Source of the DNA: Ginglymostoma cirratum
Lineage: Eukaryota
Direction of reading: 5' to 3'
Assembly: GCA_024137785.1 (NCBI GenBank)
Contig: JAHRHZ010000099.1
Coordinates: forward strand, 1,255,262-1,319,261
Length of the DNA stretch: 64,000 nucleotides
In this document: positions 50,101 through 62,360 of the stretch, piece after piece
Numbering within the stretch: position 1 is the stretch's first letter
How the letters are laid out: the number at the start of each line of letters is the position of its first letter
The notes under the pieces: model-generated
The model's database searches: none
What the model saw: only the letters and a program-made list of their open reading frames with translations
Told to the model about the DNA's origin: nothing
Made by a program: the position numbers and the translations under genes

Positions 50101-51876
50101 CTGTTTCACAAAACGGACGGCATAAAGCACATTTTAGTTGGCACATTATTTTCTTTCAATAGGAAGCCGCTTTATACAGTTCTGCAACTATTTGCAACAA
50201 TATATCTTGAATCAAACATAAAATGATAAACATTGCAAAGAACTTGAATCTTAGATTCAACTAATTTAACCTTTAGAATAAAAACACGAAAATGCTGGAA
50301 ATACTCAACAGGTCTTGCTGATTCCCATGGAAATAAAAAGGCAACCTTTTCCTGGTGCTGTATCCCGTCAGAAACTGAAGGAAAGTTTCACAGTTTTTGT
50401 CAAACTTGCACAGTGAAATTGAATAAAGGTTTATCCCCAAGGTAAGAAATGTTTAATCAGCAGCGATAACAGATATTAAACTAAGCAAAGGGGAGGAAAC
50501 AGTAATCATCGCATGCTTTGGTGAAGAAGCGAAAGCAGAGTCAGTAATGATTAGAAGTTAATTCCATACTCGTTCACGGGCTCCTTTTGGACCCACAAAC
50601 CATGAACCTACCACCTACTGCGTTACTGACCTATCGCCTATTAACTCATCAATCCAAAGATTCGTTCCTACCATCCTGGCTCTGTGGGATATTATTGGAA
50701 TTTCATTGTTAATTCAACCTGCAGTGGAATGAGCGCAAGTTGCGCAAAACGCCTACACCAGGGTGTTCCAATTCAATTGAAAGTTAGTGCCCGTTGCTCA
50801 ACCCCATTTGTTACCTATTTGCCAGATTTCTTTTCACAACCTGCCTTGATGTCATGACCGACCAATGGAAAAACTGTGGAACATAGGAATAGGAGTAGAC
50901 CATTCAGCTTCTCGACCCTGTTCCGCAATTCGTTGAGATCTTGATTGATGTGTGGGCCTGCGCCATATTCCTGACTTTGCCCCGTATCCCTTAATACAGT
51001 CACTTAACAACATTTATCTATCTCAGAGTTAAAATTAAATTTAATGGATGTTTTCAACTCAACCAATTAGTCTGTGAAACCTAAACACAATCTCAAAATT
51101 TCTTCAACTAACAGCGAATGCAAGAAAGGTGATAAAAAACGAAGGTGATACAAAATCAAATGCAGCAGATGTTGAAACCCAGAGAATAAACAGAAAATTC
51201 TAGAAATATCAGTTCAGGAAGCATCTGTGTTTGAGTATAGCTCTCCTTCCCAGTGATGAATTGTCCAATTTATGGGGTCGGAGCTAATACTGGGAGGGCT
51301 CCGTGCCCATCACTCTACCCAGAACACTGAGACATTCGGGTGTTAGATAGATGTGTCAAAGAGTCGGTGCAAGCTTCGGGAGCTAAATTATGGCTTTTAT
51401 ATAAACGCAAAATACTGCGGATACTGGAAATCATAAATAAAAACAAACAGTAGTGGAGAAGCACAGGAGGTCTGACAGCATCTGCGGAGCGACAAACAGA
51501 GATGACGTTTCAAGTTCTTTGGAACTGAAGAAGTCTCTAGACTCGAAATGTTAAATCTGTTTCTGACACCATTTATTGTTGCTTGGTTCAAGGATTCAAA
51601 TGCAATTTAACAATTTAGCATGTACAGAACACACCCTGGTAGAGTATTAAGGCTTTTGACAACGGCGATTTTAGCTGGTATAGAAAGGTCACGAAATGAA
51701 ATGTGAATCCAGTTTCTCGTTCCACAGATATTTCCTAAACTGATATGTCCAGCATTTTCAGTTCAGTTTTGGAATTTCCGCATCCGCTACATTTTCTATT
51801 ACCTTCGTGGTATTTGCTGTTAGCTGAACAGATTTGAAATTGCGCTTGGGTTTCAGAAAATGATTAGTTAAAATAT

Positions 51877-51930
51877 TAATTTGCATAACAGCAGAGGGTA
51901 ACGCCTTCTTGGGGTCAGGACTTATTAAAA
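51877..51930 (+). promoter_or_regulatory. Ig light-chain promoter: decamer/octamer plus TATA-like box
   Basis: TAATTTGCAT at 51877-51886 (light-chain orientation of the Oct site, about 120 bp upstream of the ATG); TATTAAAA at 51923-51930. Confidence 0.85.
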
Positions 51931-52006
51931 GCGTTACCCTTTCAGGTACTTAATCCATCTGGTCAAATAGCTGTCAGTCCAACGCAGCCTCGTTAAACTT
52001 TTCACC

Positions 52007-52055
52007 ATGTCTGACTGGGCCCGTGTTGTTGCTGTCTTCTATTTTTGCGCGGCCG
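52007..52055 (+). CDS. Ig light chain (type II/lambda-like) exon 1, leader peptide
   Basis: Kozak CACCATG at 52007; MSDWARVVAVFYFCAA plus G (phase 1); donor GTGAGT at 52056; 126-nt intron ending in a polypyrimidine tract and CAG at 52181. Confidence 0.93.
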
Positions 52056-52181
52056 GTGAGTGTTTTCACGTTTAGGTAAAATCCGCTTTGTGAAGATTGC
52101 CTGCTGCGTGTATATTCAACAGTTTCAATAATTGATCAAAGTGCACAGTTGTAGGATTTTTGATTTTTTTTTTCTCCCCAG

Positions 52182-52529
52182 TTTCAAGCGCACAGACTAC
52201 GGTAAATCAACCGCTTTCAAAATCGACTACTCCCGGCGGGACCGTCCAGATTAGTTGCACCTTGTCTGGTACCTCCTTAAGAAGCAGCAACATATATTGG
52301 TATCAGCAGAAATCTAGAAATGCTCCTCGGTATTTGCTCTATCACGACGCTGGCAGCAGCACGGACAGGGCCTCAGGTGTTCCGACCCGGTTTTCGGGCT
52401 CTGTATCCGGCAACACAGGAACGTTAAGTATCAGCAAAGCTGAATGGGGAGACGCCGCGGACTACTACTGTGCCATATGGAAAAGCAATGTTTACTTCTT
52501 CGGCACAGGCACCAAGCTGAGCATTGGCA
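52182..52529 (+). CDS. Ig light chain exon 2, germline-joined VJ domain
   Basis: In frame with the leader: (V)SSA-QTTVNQPLS...ISC...IYWYQQK...DAADYYC-AIWKSNVYF-FGTGTKLSIG. Both conserved Cys, the conserved Trp and the FGxG motif are present. No heptamer/nonamer lies between V and J. Phase-1 donor GTGAGT at 52530. Confidence 0.96.
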
Positions 52530-52602
52530 GTGAGTAAAACCCCCTTTCGCATAGAGTTCAAAACTTGATTTCGTTTGATTAAAGTATTATACATGTCTAC
52601 CT

Positions 52603-52690
52603 GCTCCTCTGATGCTGCTTGGCCTGCCGTGTTCATCCAGCTCTACACCTTGTTATCTCAGTCTCCAGCATCGGCAGTTCCTACTATCTC
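52603..52690 (+). mobile_element. Solo pLTR fragment in the J-C intron of the intact gene
   Basis: 15-bp TSD TATACATGTCTACCT at 52588-52602 / 52691-52705. Confidence 0.85.
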
Positions 52691-55409
52691 TATACATGTC
52701 TACCTTCTATTTTGCAACAATTATAACATCCTGCTCACAATGAAATATATATTTATTCCAAATGATCTAGAGCTGCACTATTAACTGGTTAAGAACTGAG
52801 ACTCGCAGGCCTATGAGGTTTCCTGCTCGGAGATTGTACAGTTTGTTCTGTGTTGAGCTGCTTTACAGTAACCACAAGAAAAACAGGCACCAGAGTGTCT
52901 GCGCCAGAGTGCGGGAAAACGTCCAACAAACACAACCAGAAATTGGTCGAGAAACTCTGAAGTTTTGGCATTATCTGTGGAGTGAAAGCAGTGTTGACAT
53001 TTCGAACCCGGTCACTCTACATCACAATTTGATGTTAACTCTGCTTTATCTCCACAGATGCTGCCAGACCTGCTGAGTTTCTCCGGGAATTTCTGTTTTA
53101 TTTCACATCCCCACAATCCTCAATTGCTTGTTAATTTTAGTGAAATGCTTAGGACACTTTATTTCCGTTCCGCGATCTCGCCGGGGAACACAAGGAGTGG
53201 ACCCTTTGGAAGTGACAAGATCGAGCTCAATTATGTTGTATCTCGTCTCTTTACCACTTTTCCAAAAAGACGCAGTAGCGATTTCCACAAGTAAATGGCG
53301 GTGTCTAGCGCCACGTGCTGGAATTGATTGGTGAGGCGAGAAAGGTAACCCCATAGAAACTAGCCCTTCGGAGCACGAAGGGCAATGGAAAGTCAAAAAT
53401 GGGTGGTAACTTTAGCCTTAAATAAAAGAAAGAATTGCAGATGCTGGAGATCTGAAATTTAAACCGAATTTACTGGAGAAACTCGGTAGATCTGGCAGCA
53501 TCTGTAGAGATGTCCAATGACACTTGTTCAGATCTGGTAAATTTAAGCTTCCATGTTTTGCATTCTCGGTTCCCTTAGTTTTCTCCGCTGCGATCACTGT
53601 TGCATTGAATCTAGCGGCTTTGAATTACAACCGAAGTTCAGTCCGAATGTTGATTTAAATTGAACGCATAGAATGTAATCAAAACACCCAGGAAACTCTT
53701 CGTTTATTGCGTATTGGTTAATTGAGGCGCACCTAATGGAAAACTGAATTCTCAAAACGACGCGCAAATAAGGCGCGAATACTTCCTTGAAGAAGCAAAT
53801 GCGGGATTGTAATGAAATCGACGCATTCAGAGGTATCAATTATGGTCAACGAAATCTGGTGAAACTCCGAATCAGTGCACAGTCTTGTTAAAATGAACTT
53901 AGGAGTGAGCATGAGGTCAGGAGCATGATCGCATCTTTTTATTGCACTCTTAAGTCTTGACGTTGTCAGATGGCCAAGTGCATTGAGAATAGACACTACT
54001 GACCGAGATTTCCTGTTCTTTCTGCTGTTGGAATCTGATCTCAGTTTTTGGTTAGTTTGATGTCAGTTATCAGAGAAGATCTAATGCAAATCACACCCTG
54101 AGCGGTATTAGTGGAATTGGGAATATTTAATTGGTTGAAATAATAGACCTAACCTCGCACAATACCTTTTCGAGGTAATCCTTGCTAGATGGATAAATCA
54201 CGTATTCAAGCAACACAAATGCGCATTGGTGAGATTTTGGACTCGGTGGCAGAGCGAATCAGCTGCTAATGGGAGGGCAGCCTATTTGCAGTTTTCTGTT
54301 GGTATTTCTGTGACAAGATGTCTTCTTACCCACCCATTCTTTCAAAGTATGTGTGTGCGGTGGAGGGGTGGGGAGGGGAGCAGAGAGCTGATATAAAAGA
54401 GGATGGTGTACCTCGAGTTAAAAGCAGTCGTTGTGAATTAATAGCGATATAGTTCCAGCACAGGATGGTGTATGCCCTGGAGAACTTGCAGGTGGTGGTC
54501 TCCCCATACATCTGCTTTTCATACCCTTACAGGTAGTACAGCTTTCGGATTTGGAAGGTGCAATTGTCAGAGCCTTGGTGGATTGCTGCAGTGCATCTTG
54601 TATATGGTATAATGTTTAAGCTGGTGGATGGTGTGCCAGTCAAATGGACTGCTTCGTTTGGGATGACGTCGGGTTTGGAGAGTGCTGTGGAAGCTGTGTT
54701 TGAATGGCCGACCAGACTTGGGGAAATCAGGAGGCGCGCTATTGGTTGCAGCTTTCCTAGTAACTGCCCTGCTCTTGTAGCCATTTCAAGTATATGGTTA
54801 GAACAGTTTTGTTTCTGGGCAATGATAACCCATGACAAATGATAGCGGGGCTGTAATTCGATAGCAATGTCTTTGAATATCAAGAGGAGGTGAGAGCTGC
54901 CTATTACTCATTTGCCTTACATTAGCAACAGTTGACCGTACCATTTGGACTAAAACTGATCACAATTTCTTCATATTAACAGACCAAAACAACTTTAACA
55001 TATGTTCATGTTTTCATATTATCAATACTATTTGTAACAATTGCCGGCACCTAACTATCTCAAGGTAGAGCTATAGCAGCTGTATGAAGTGACATCAGCA
55101 GCTATACAAAGGTGTTCTTTATGTTTTTAAGGAATGCCATACAAAATAGAACAGACATATATTCTCTGTCAACTTGGTCAGACCCATTGTAACATTCCAA
55201 CATATTGTATCGTCGGACCGAAACCAAACCCGTCTCCCATATTCAGTCCTTCTTGAAATAAATATTACATTGAAATGTGGGCAAAACTAAGTGAACTATT
55301 TATTATATTCCATGATTGACATAATTTAAATTGCATTATCTTGAAAGGAATCTCCTGCTTTAAAAAACGCAGTCTCTTAACTCAAATGAACCTAATTTAA
55401 TTTAAACAG

Positions 55410-55732
55410 GTCCGCGGCAACCATCAGTTTCCCTCCTTCCGCCTTCATCGGTTCAAATCACGGAAAAGAACAGGGCGACTCTCGTCTGTTTGGTCAGCGG
55501 TTTTAACCCGGGCGCCGTGGAGATTCAATGGATGGTTGATGGCAGCGTCAGGGGCGATGGTGTTGAGACCAGTCCGGTCCAGCAGGAGACGGACAACACG
55601 TTCAGTGTGAGCAGTTATCTGACCCTGCCAGCCTCAGAATGGAAGTTGCACGAGCTTTACTCTTGTGGGGTTAAACATGAGACTCAGGCAATTCCTTTTC
55701 AGACAAGCATCTCGAGATCGAGCTGCATGTGA
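55410..55732 (+). CDS. Ig light chain exon 3, constant (C1-set) domain
   Basis: Acceptor AAACAG ends 55409; phase 1 matches the VJ exon. Reads SPRQPSVSLLPPSS...ATLVCLVSGFNPGAVEIQW...FSVSSYLTL...YSCGVKHETQ...SRSSCM*, with a C-terminal Cys for the H-L disulfide. Spliced CDS 49+348+323=720 nt (239 aa). Resembles shark type II (lambda) C regions from recall. Confidence 0.95.
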
Positions 55733-56022
55733 TTTCGAAATTGCCACTTGAATCAACTGAGAAAGTTTGTTCATTCCTGTTCATATGTCCCATGTGACAA
55801 TATGGTAGAAATTGTTTGCATTTCGGTAAATTAAAAATGCTCATCGCGGTGGAAACGTCTTTCTGTAAAAGTAACTGTTTTTTACGGACTTGCTTGTTAA
55901 CTGAAATGTCAATGATTATTGCTTTGCATCTATGCATCCGATCAGGTCAATTAAAACACGGCAATAATGTGATTGCTTCTTAAGTACTTAATCATTATGA
56001 ATCTATCCCAATAGAGCAGTTC

Positions 56023-56028
56023 AATAAA
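56023..56028 (+). terminator. Candidate polyadenylation signal of the IgL gene
   Basis: First AATAAA noticed downstream of the stop (about 290 nt); an alternative ATTAAA lies at 55950-55955. Confidence 0.5.
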
Positions 56029-56196
56029 ACCATTGATCGAACATCAAACGCAGCATTCATTTTCGTGCCTTTCAGCTCTGCCAATATGGGTCATATCTAT
56101 TGTAATTTCAGTAATTAAACACTCCCGGAAGAAAAACATTGCAAAGTGCTCAACGGTTAGATGAAACATGGTGTTCCCCATGGCCCCAAAGCAAGT

Positions 56197-56346
56197 NNNN
56201 NNNNNNNNNNNNNNNNNNNNNNNNNNNNNNNNNNNNNNNNNNNNNNNNNNNNNNNNNNNNNNNNNNNNNNNNNNNNNNNNNNNNNNNNNNNNNNNNNNNN
56301 NNNNNNNNNNNNNNNNNNNNNNNNNNNNNNNNNNNNNNNNNNNNNN
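56197..56346. other. Assembly gap (150 N)
   Basis: Run of N. Confidence 1.
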
Positions 56347-59139
56347 ATCAGAGTGGGTTTGTAAATGTGTGTACCTCTGTGTGCATAGATGAAAAGGAGA
56401 CGTCATATGTTTCTCGTAGAGTACAATGCCTGAGGATTTTAGCATTCAACAAACGAACATCAAGCAATTGATAAGCGGAGAGGAAAGCGCTGGAAAGTAG
56501 TGCAGCAAAGCATGAGTTATTGAATAAACAGGTTTAACGTTTCTAAATTTAAATAAACTAAGAAAGATTAGTGAAACTGAAGGTGCGCTGATGCGCGGCA
56601 AGAAAGGTAAAACCAGATAAGATAGACAAAATATCCGACGCATTGAACAAATATTGGAGACCAAACTGAAGATTGAGGACCTAAAAGAATCGTTGTTGAG
56701 ACTGTGTCAAATTTGAATTAGATTTGTTGTCACTTGTACTCGCATGAGTACAGTGAAAAGTTTATAAGTCGCCACTTGTAGCGTCATTTTAGATCCAAAT
56801 TTAGAGGAACTGGCATAATCTTGCAATGTAAATTGTTGCAGACAAATTTGTCAATCGAAAGAACAAGAGTTCACTTATGGGCTGGAGCTTAAACCGGGGA
56901 GTCCCATTTTCATCAGGCGGGTGACAGAAGGCTGGGACCACGAAGAGGGTATGTAACCAAGAATCCCTTATTGTGATAACAGCATGTTGCGCAGTTAAAA
57001 ACCGAAAGAATTGCGGATGCTGTAAATCAGGAACAAAAACAAAGTTGCTGGAAAAGCTCAGCAGGTCTGGCAGCATCCTTCCTCAGAACTTCACCGGACC
57101 CGACACGTTAACCCTGTTTTTACCGTCACAGACGCTGCCAAACCTGCTGAGCTTTTCCAGCAACTTTGTATTGCACGCAGTGGTCTAGATTAGTGCTGAG
57201 GAGGCGAGCTGATATTCATCCCTGAAATCGGTGCTGCCCATATAACAAGGTGATGGCTCATTGTACGTCTCATCAGGACATATATATCCCGAAAAAGGGC
57301 AGAATGAATCCCATTTCCCCGGTAACTCAGGTATGATCGAGTGTGTAAGATGCCTCATTATTACACTTTCAGAAGTGCAGCTCGCACATTTTCCCTGCTC
57401 CTCCCAATACTAACACCGCCCTGTTTGGGCAAATGACTTACTTCATGCGAAGGGAAAGGAAATCTGGGATTGTAGGCTTTGATATCTAGGCCAGCATTTA
57501 TTACCTATCCCGAATCGACCTTGAGAAGGTGGTGTGGGCAACGTTATCCAACTGCTTGGACCAATGATATGAAGGAGGGAGTTCCAGGATTTTGACCCAG
57601 CGCCACTGAAGGAATGGCAACATATTTCGAAGTTAGGATGGTGAGTTACAGATGGTGATGTCCCCATATTTCTGCTGCCCTTGTCCTTTTAGATGCTGGT
57701 GAGTTTGGAAGGTGCTGTCAAATGAGGCCTGTGAATTTCAGTAGTGCATTTTGTAGAAGGTGCACGCAGCTGCTACTGAGAACCAAGGTTAGAAAGAGAG
57801 ATTGAATGTTTGTAGAGCCAATCAAGCAGGCTGCTTTGTTCTGGGTGGTGTCAAGCTTCTTGAGTTTATATGTCTCAAGGCACATCGCCTGCCCTTACAC
57901 GTAAAAACATTGTCACTGGAGGTTCTCCAGCCTCTTTTTTTTCAGTGGGTTCATCAACCTTATATTCCAGAGCCCTCCCCAATCTCGTAAATTATCATCA
58001 CAGTCCGGCTAATACCGTAAGAGCAAATTACCACAGATTCTGGAATTTATACTGAAAGCAACAAATGCTGGGATCACAGCGAGTCAGGCAGTATCCATAG
58101 AGAGAGAGCAAGCTAATGTTTTGATTCTAGATGACTCTTCATCACAGCTAAAGTGGTGTGGAGGGGCAACATTTCTGCTATAGTTGGCGAAATGCGGGGG
58201 GATGGAGGAACCTATCATTGACCAGTGTGATTAAGACCCTCCCACACACTTCAAGGGTGCTACATGAGATATCGGTCCGAGATTGTTTCATTGTACCTAG
58301 TAATTCCATTTTCTACTACCAGAACTTTCGAATCCCAACAGGCGACACTGTTTGTATTGACCACAGTAGCTGACGTCCCCTGCATTTATGTAGAAGGCAC
58401 CAATGCAGCTGTCCCATCGTGGGTTCGTGTTGTTTTCACTCAGGCTCTTAACCCACAAAATTAATTTTACAAGCTCCTATTATGTTTTCAGTCTAGAATT
58501 CTGAATCAAATATTAAGTAGCAGTCCTATGCAGGACACTAACCACCTCTTGTGTGTCCTAATTCACTCTCGTTAGCTGACTGATGTGATTTTCTTTTCCT
58601 TTTCATTGAATCAGTTGCACAGTTATGCTAACCAGTCCAGGAGCAGGAAACGACCTATCATTCCAGTTGAAATATTTGTTTGAATGTATTTCGTGAAGTT
58701 ACGTTTGTCACCAATCGACATTCAAAAAAAAGTGCCTTGTTGTCAAAGCAACTTTTCACTTGACGTTTTGCATTGCTCAGATCATTTGATGGAAGTTCAC
58801 TAGTTATAGGAACACAATTCGCTAGTTGCCAATTCAGTTGTTAGTGGACAGCCCATTGTCCCTGCTCCTCATAGTACAGCTGCATTCCCGTTTGTGATAA
58901 AGGACTTATTCGTGAAGAGGAAAAAAAATCTGCACAAAACTTTCTCCACAAAGTTTTCAAGGCTCAGTCACCCAGTTCCACTGTCTTCCTGGCATTGTGA
59001 GTGACAACCCACATATAGCTTTAGAATAATTCTAACCAATTTCTAAAATGTTTTCTGTCCAGTTAAATACGATCCTTGCTTGCAATCCTTTCAAACAAGT
59101 ATTTCCCTGTCAACAGAGCAGTGATTTTTTTTAAAAAAA

Positions 59140-60170
59140 GATCATTCATGGGACGTGGGCGTTGCTGCCTGGTCAGCATTTATTGCCCATCCCTCATTGT
59201 CCTTGAGAAGTTGCTGGTGAGCTGCCTTCGTGAACCATTGTAGTCCATGTGCTGTGGTTGGAGCCGTAATGCTCTTTGGAGGGGAGTTGGGGGGAAGGTG
59301 AGGATTCCAGGATTTTAATCCGGTGACAGTGAAGGAGCGGTGATATTTTTCCAAGTTAGCATGGTGATTGGCTTGGAGGGGAACTTGCAAGTCGTGGTGT
59401 TCCTATATAACTGCTGCCTTTGTTCTTCCAGAAGCAAGTGGTCGTGGGTTTGGAAGGTGCTGTCTAAGGACCTTTAGTGAGTTTCCACAGTGTTATTTAC
59501 CGATAATGCACACTGCTGCTACTGAGATTTGGCGGTAGAGGGAACGGATGCTTTTGGATTGTTACCAATGAAGCGGACTGCTTTGTCCTGGATGTTATCA
59601 AGTTTCTTTAGTGTTGCTGGTGCTGCACCCATCCAGGCATGTGGTGAGTATTCCATCACACTCCCAATTTGTGAACTGTGGATGATGAATCGGTTTTGGG
59701 GAGTCAGGGGGTGAGTTATTCACCACAGTATTCCTAGCTTCTGACCTGCTCTTGTAGACATTGTATTTACATGGTGAGTCCAGCTGAGTTTCTCGTCAAT
59801 GGTAACCCCCAGGATAGTGGGGAATTCAGTGATGGCAGCACCATTGAATACCAAGGGTCGGTAGCTAAATCGTCTCTTTTCCGAGATGGTTATGGCCTGG
59901 CATTTGTGTAGCATGAATTTTACTTGCCATTGCAAACCCAATTTTGGATGTATCCAGATCTTGTTTCATTTGAACAAGGACTGCTGCAATATCTGAGGAG
60001 CTGTGAACAGTGCTGAACATTACGCAATGATCAGAAAACATTCCCACTTCTGACCTTATGATGGAGGTAAGGTCATCAATGAAGCAGCTGAAGATGGTTG
60101 GGCCTAGGACATTACCCCGAGGAACTCCTGTAGCGATCCCCTGGAACTGAGACGACTGACCTCCAACAAC
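59140..60170 (-). mobile_element. CR1/L2-group LINE 3' fragment
   Basis: GVPRGNVLGPTIFSCFIDDL (ORF 59865-60209), followed by the conserved 3' tail. Confidence 0.7.
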
Positions 60171-60179
60171 TACATATAG

Positions 60180-61150
60180 CTTGATGCTGATGATGTTAGC
60201 TGTTTCCAAGGCTTTAATGTTTGTGCTGTAGTCCTATGGTGGGCAGATCTTGAGGATGCTGTGGAAGCAGAATGTGTATATGATAGCCATGCAGGATCTA
60301 TGGCTCAGAACCATACAGAGTGGTGGTGATCATTACATCTTAGTTCACTTTGAGTTTGGTCTGCACTCTAATGCTTAGGTCCTCAACGCTGGTTTATAGG
60401 TTCTGCTAGATATGTCATTTGCTTTTTTAAATTCCATAGTTCACTATATTGTCTATAGTCGCATCAAATGAGATGTCCCTCTCTACACAGGTGAATTGTT
60501 TGATGGAATTCGGCTCCACTCCCAGGTGACAATGTTTGGTGGTCTATATTTGACTTGAGCTGATGCTTTGGAGCATATCATTGATAAGTTCGTGTGGGCA
60601 GGAAGACGTGGTGATAGGGTGCACATGATTGTGATTTGCTCTATTGCAGATTCAAAATGGACTCAATATGTCACTGTTGTGCCTGACATGTCTGTACTGA
60701 TTTTCACCCAACTGCTTCTTTCTGTCCAAGAACCTGGGTTAACACCCAAGATTTCTAGGATTTTTCCAAACTTTGCCTCTGCTCGCATTGTCCAATTCTT
60801 TGGTGAGGTTTATGAAAGTGATTTACTGGCCTTTGATTTGCTCACAATATTTTTGTTTTGGTTTTTCTGAGAGCAAATACCGTGCGTGTGGAGCTTCTCT
60901 TTCTTCTGAAACTGCCATATCTCTCTGAGCATTTTTCTTGTGCAATAGTAGGCACATGCTTGTTCTGAAATATTCTAGCCAGGAACTTCCCAGCAAAAGA
61001 AAGGAGGGCGCTGCCATGGTAATCATAACACTCCGACTTGCTTTTCCTGTTGTTTCACATTTTGGTAATAGCAGAAGAAGGATGATCCTATGGTATCTTG
61101 CAAGCTGTGAAAAGGGAATGAAGCAGACAACCATATTTCAAGGCTTCAGG
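60180..61150 (-). mobile_element. Degenerate RTE-like LINE fragment
   Basis: Remnant motifs DLLKAFD-like (60823-60845 region) and ILKI..TN..LETANIISI near the 3' end; heavily decayed. Confidence 0.45.
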
Positions 61151-62029
61151 TAGTATTCAATGAAACCTGGGGGGTTAGTTGTTTTTGATCTGATTGATGT
61201 ATGTCACAGCTTCCTTCAGAGTTGGACTCTTATTGCAGAGCACAATGGTACAGAAGAAGCTGGGGACACAGTGGAATGAGAATCTTTAAATGTTATACGA
61301 GTGCATAGCAAATAGAATTTATTACAAATGGGATAGAACATAAAATTACGTATGGCCTGGCAAAGTTGTGCTGGGCAGTGGTTAGAACACGGCTGGAGTA
61401 TTATAGATATCGTTGGTTTCCTTACTTAAGGAAGAATGTCTGTTCATTAGAAGCAGCTCACTTGACTAAATCCCAGGATGAAAGGTTTCTCTTATAATGA
61501 AAAATTGAATAGGTTTGGGCCTGCATCAATTGGAATTTAGAAGAATGACACGAGATCTAATTGAAACAAATAAGGTTCTTAAAGGATTTGACAGGATTCA
61601 TGGTAACTTGTGAGAAGGAGTAAAACTAGAGAACACAGTTTGAATATAATGCATTGGTTATTTAAGGTCAGAGGTGAGGTCATCTGACGAAGGAGCAGCG
61701 CTCAGAAAGCTTGTAATTCAAATAAACCTGTTGGTCTAGAACCTAGTGTCGTGTGACTTCTGACCTTGTCCACCCCAGTCAACCCGGGCATCTCCACATG
61801 TTGGTCATTTAAGGCAGAGATGAGGGCTTTTTCTTTCTCGGCGGTTTATTAGTTAGTGGAATTCCCTTACCTATGGCGCAGTGCAGGTAGGGCCATTTAC
61901 TTTCGTTAAGGCTGAGTTAGATAGATTCTTCGTTTGATCTTGATAAACAACTAAAATGTTACAAGTGGCAGACAGGACAGCAGAGGTAAAATTACAAATA
62001 GATCAGACATGCTTATAAAATCGTGATAA

Positions 62030-62360
62030 GGTTAATAGCCAAAGTCTTTTCCCCAGGTAATAGAGTCCAAAACTAGAGGGCAAAGGTTTAAGTTGAGAGG
62101 GGAAAGATTTAAAAGGGATCTGAGGAGCAACATTTTTCTTACAGGAGGTGCTTCGCATATGGAACGAACTGCCAAAGGAAGTGTAGAGATGAGTACAATT
62201 ACAACATTAAAAAGACATTTAGAAAGGTACATGGATAGGATAGCTTTAGAGGGATTTGCGCCAAATGCAAGCAACTGGGATTAATTCAGTTTAGGAGACC
62301 TGGCCAGCGTGGACGAGTTGGATGGAAGGGCCTGTTTTCGTGCAGCACGACTCTATGACT
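62030..62360 (+). mobile_element. CR1 3' end fragment
   Basis: RGERFKRDLR..TLKRHLERYM and a CTATGACT tail. Confidence 0.7.

Larger units (their letters stand above)
45545..58500 (+). repeat. Segmental duplication, copy 2 of the IgL cluster unit (carries the intact gene)
   Basis: Homologous to 24823-35635 and, in shuffled block order, to 21677-24230 (45601~21677, 46040~23688, 48135~22232). Confidence 0.85.

Noticed and set aside
50392-50428. CACAGTG heptamer with nearby AGTTTTTGT (paralog at about 25585) as a relic RSS
   Set aside because: The spacer is 8 nt on one side and there is no nonamer at 12 or 23 nt on the other; it is not adjacent to any V or J coding end.
5341-57170. Recurrent short repeats as a CRISPR-like or regulatory array
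   Set aside because: Eukaryotic DNA; copies are dispersed, in both orientations and flanked by TSDs, i.e. transposon-derived.
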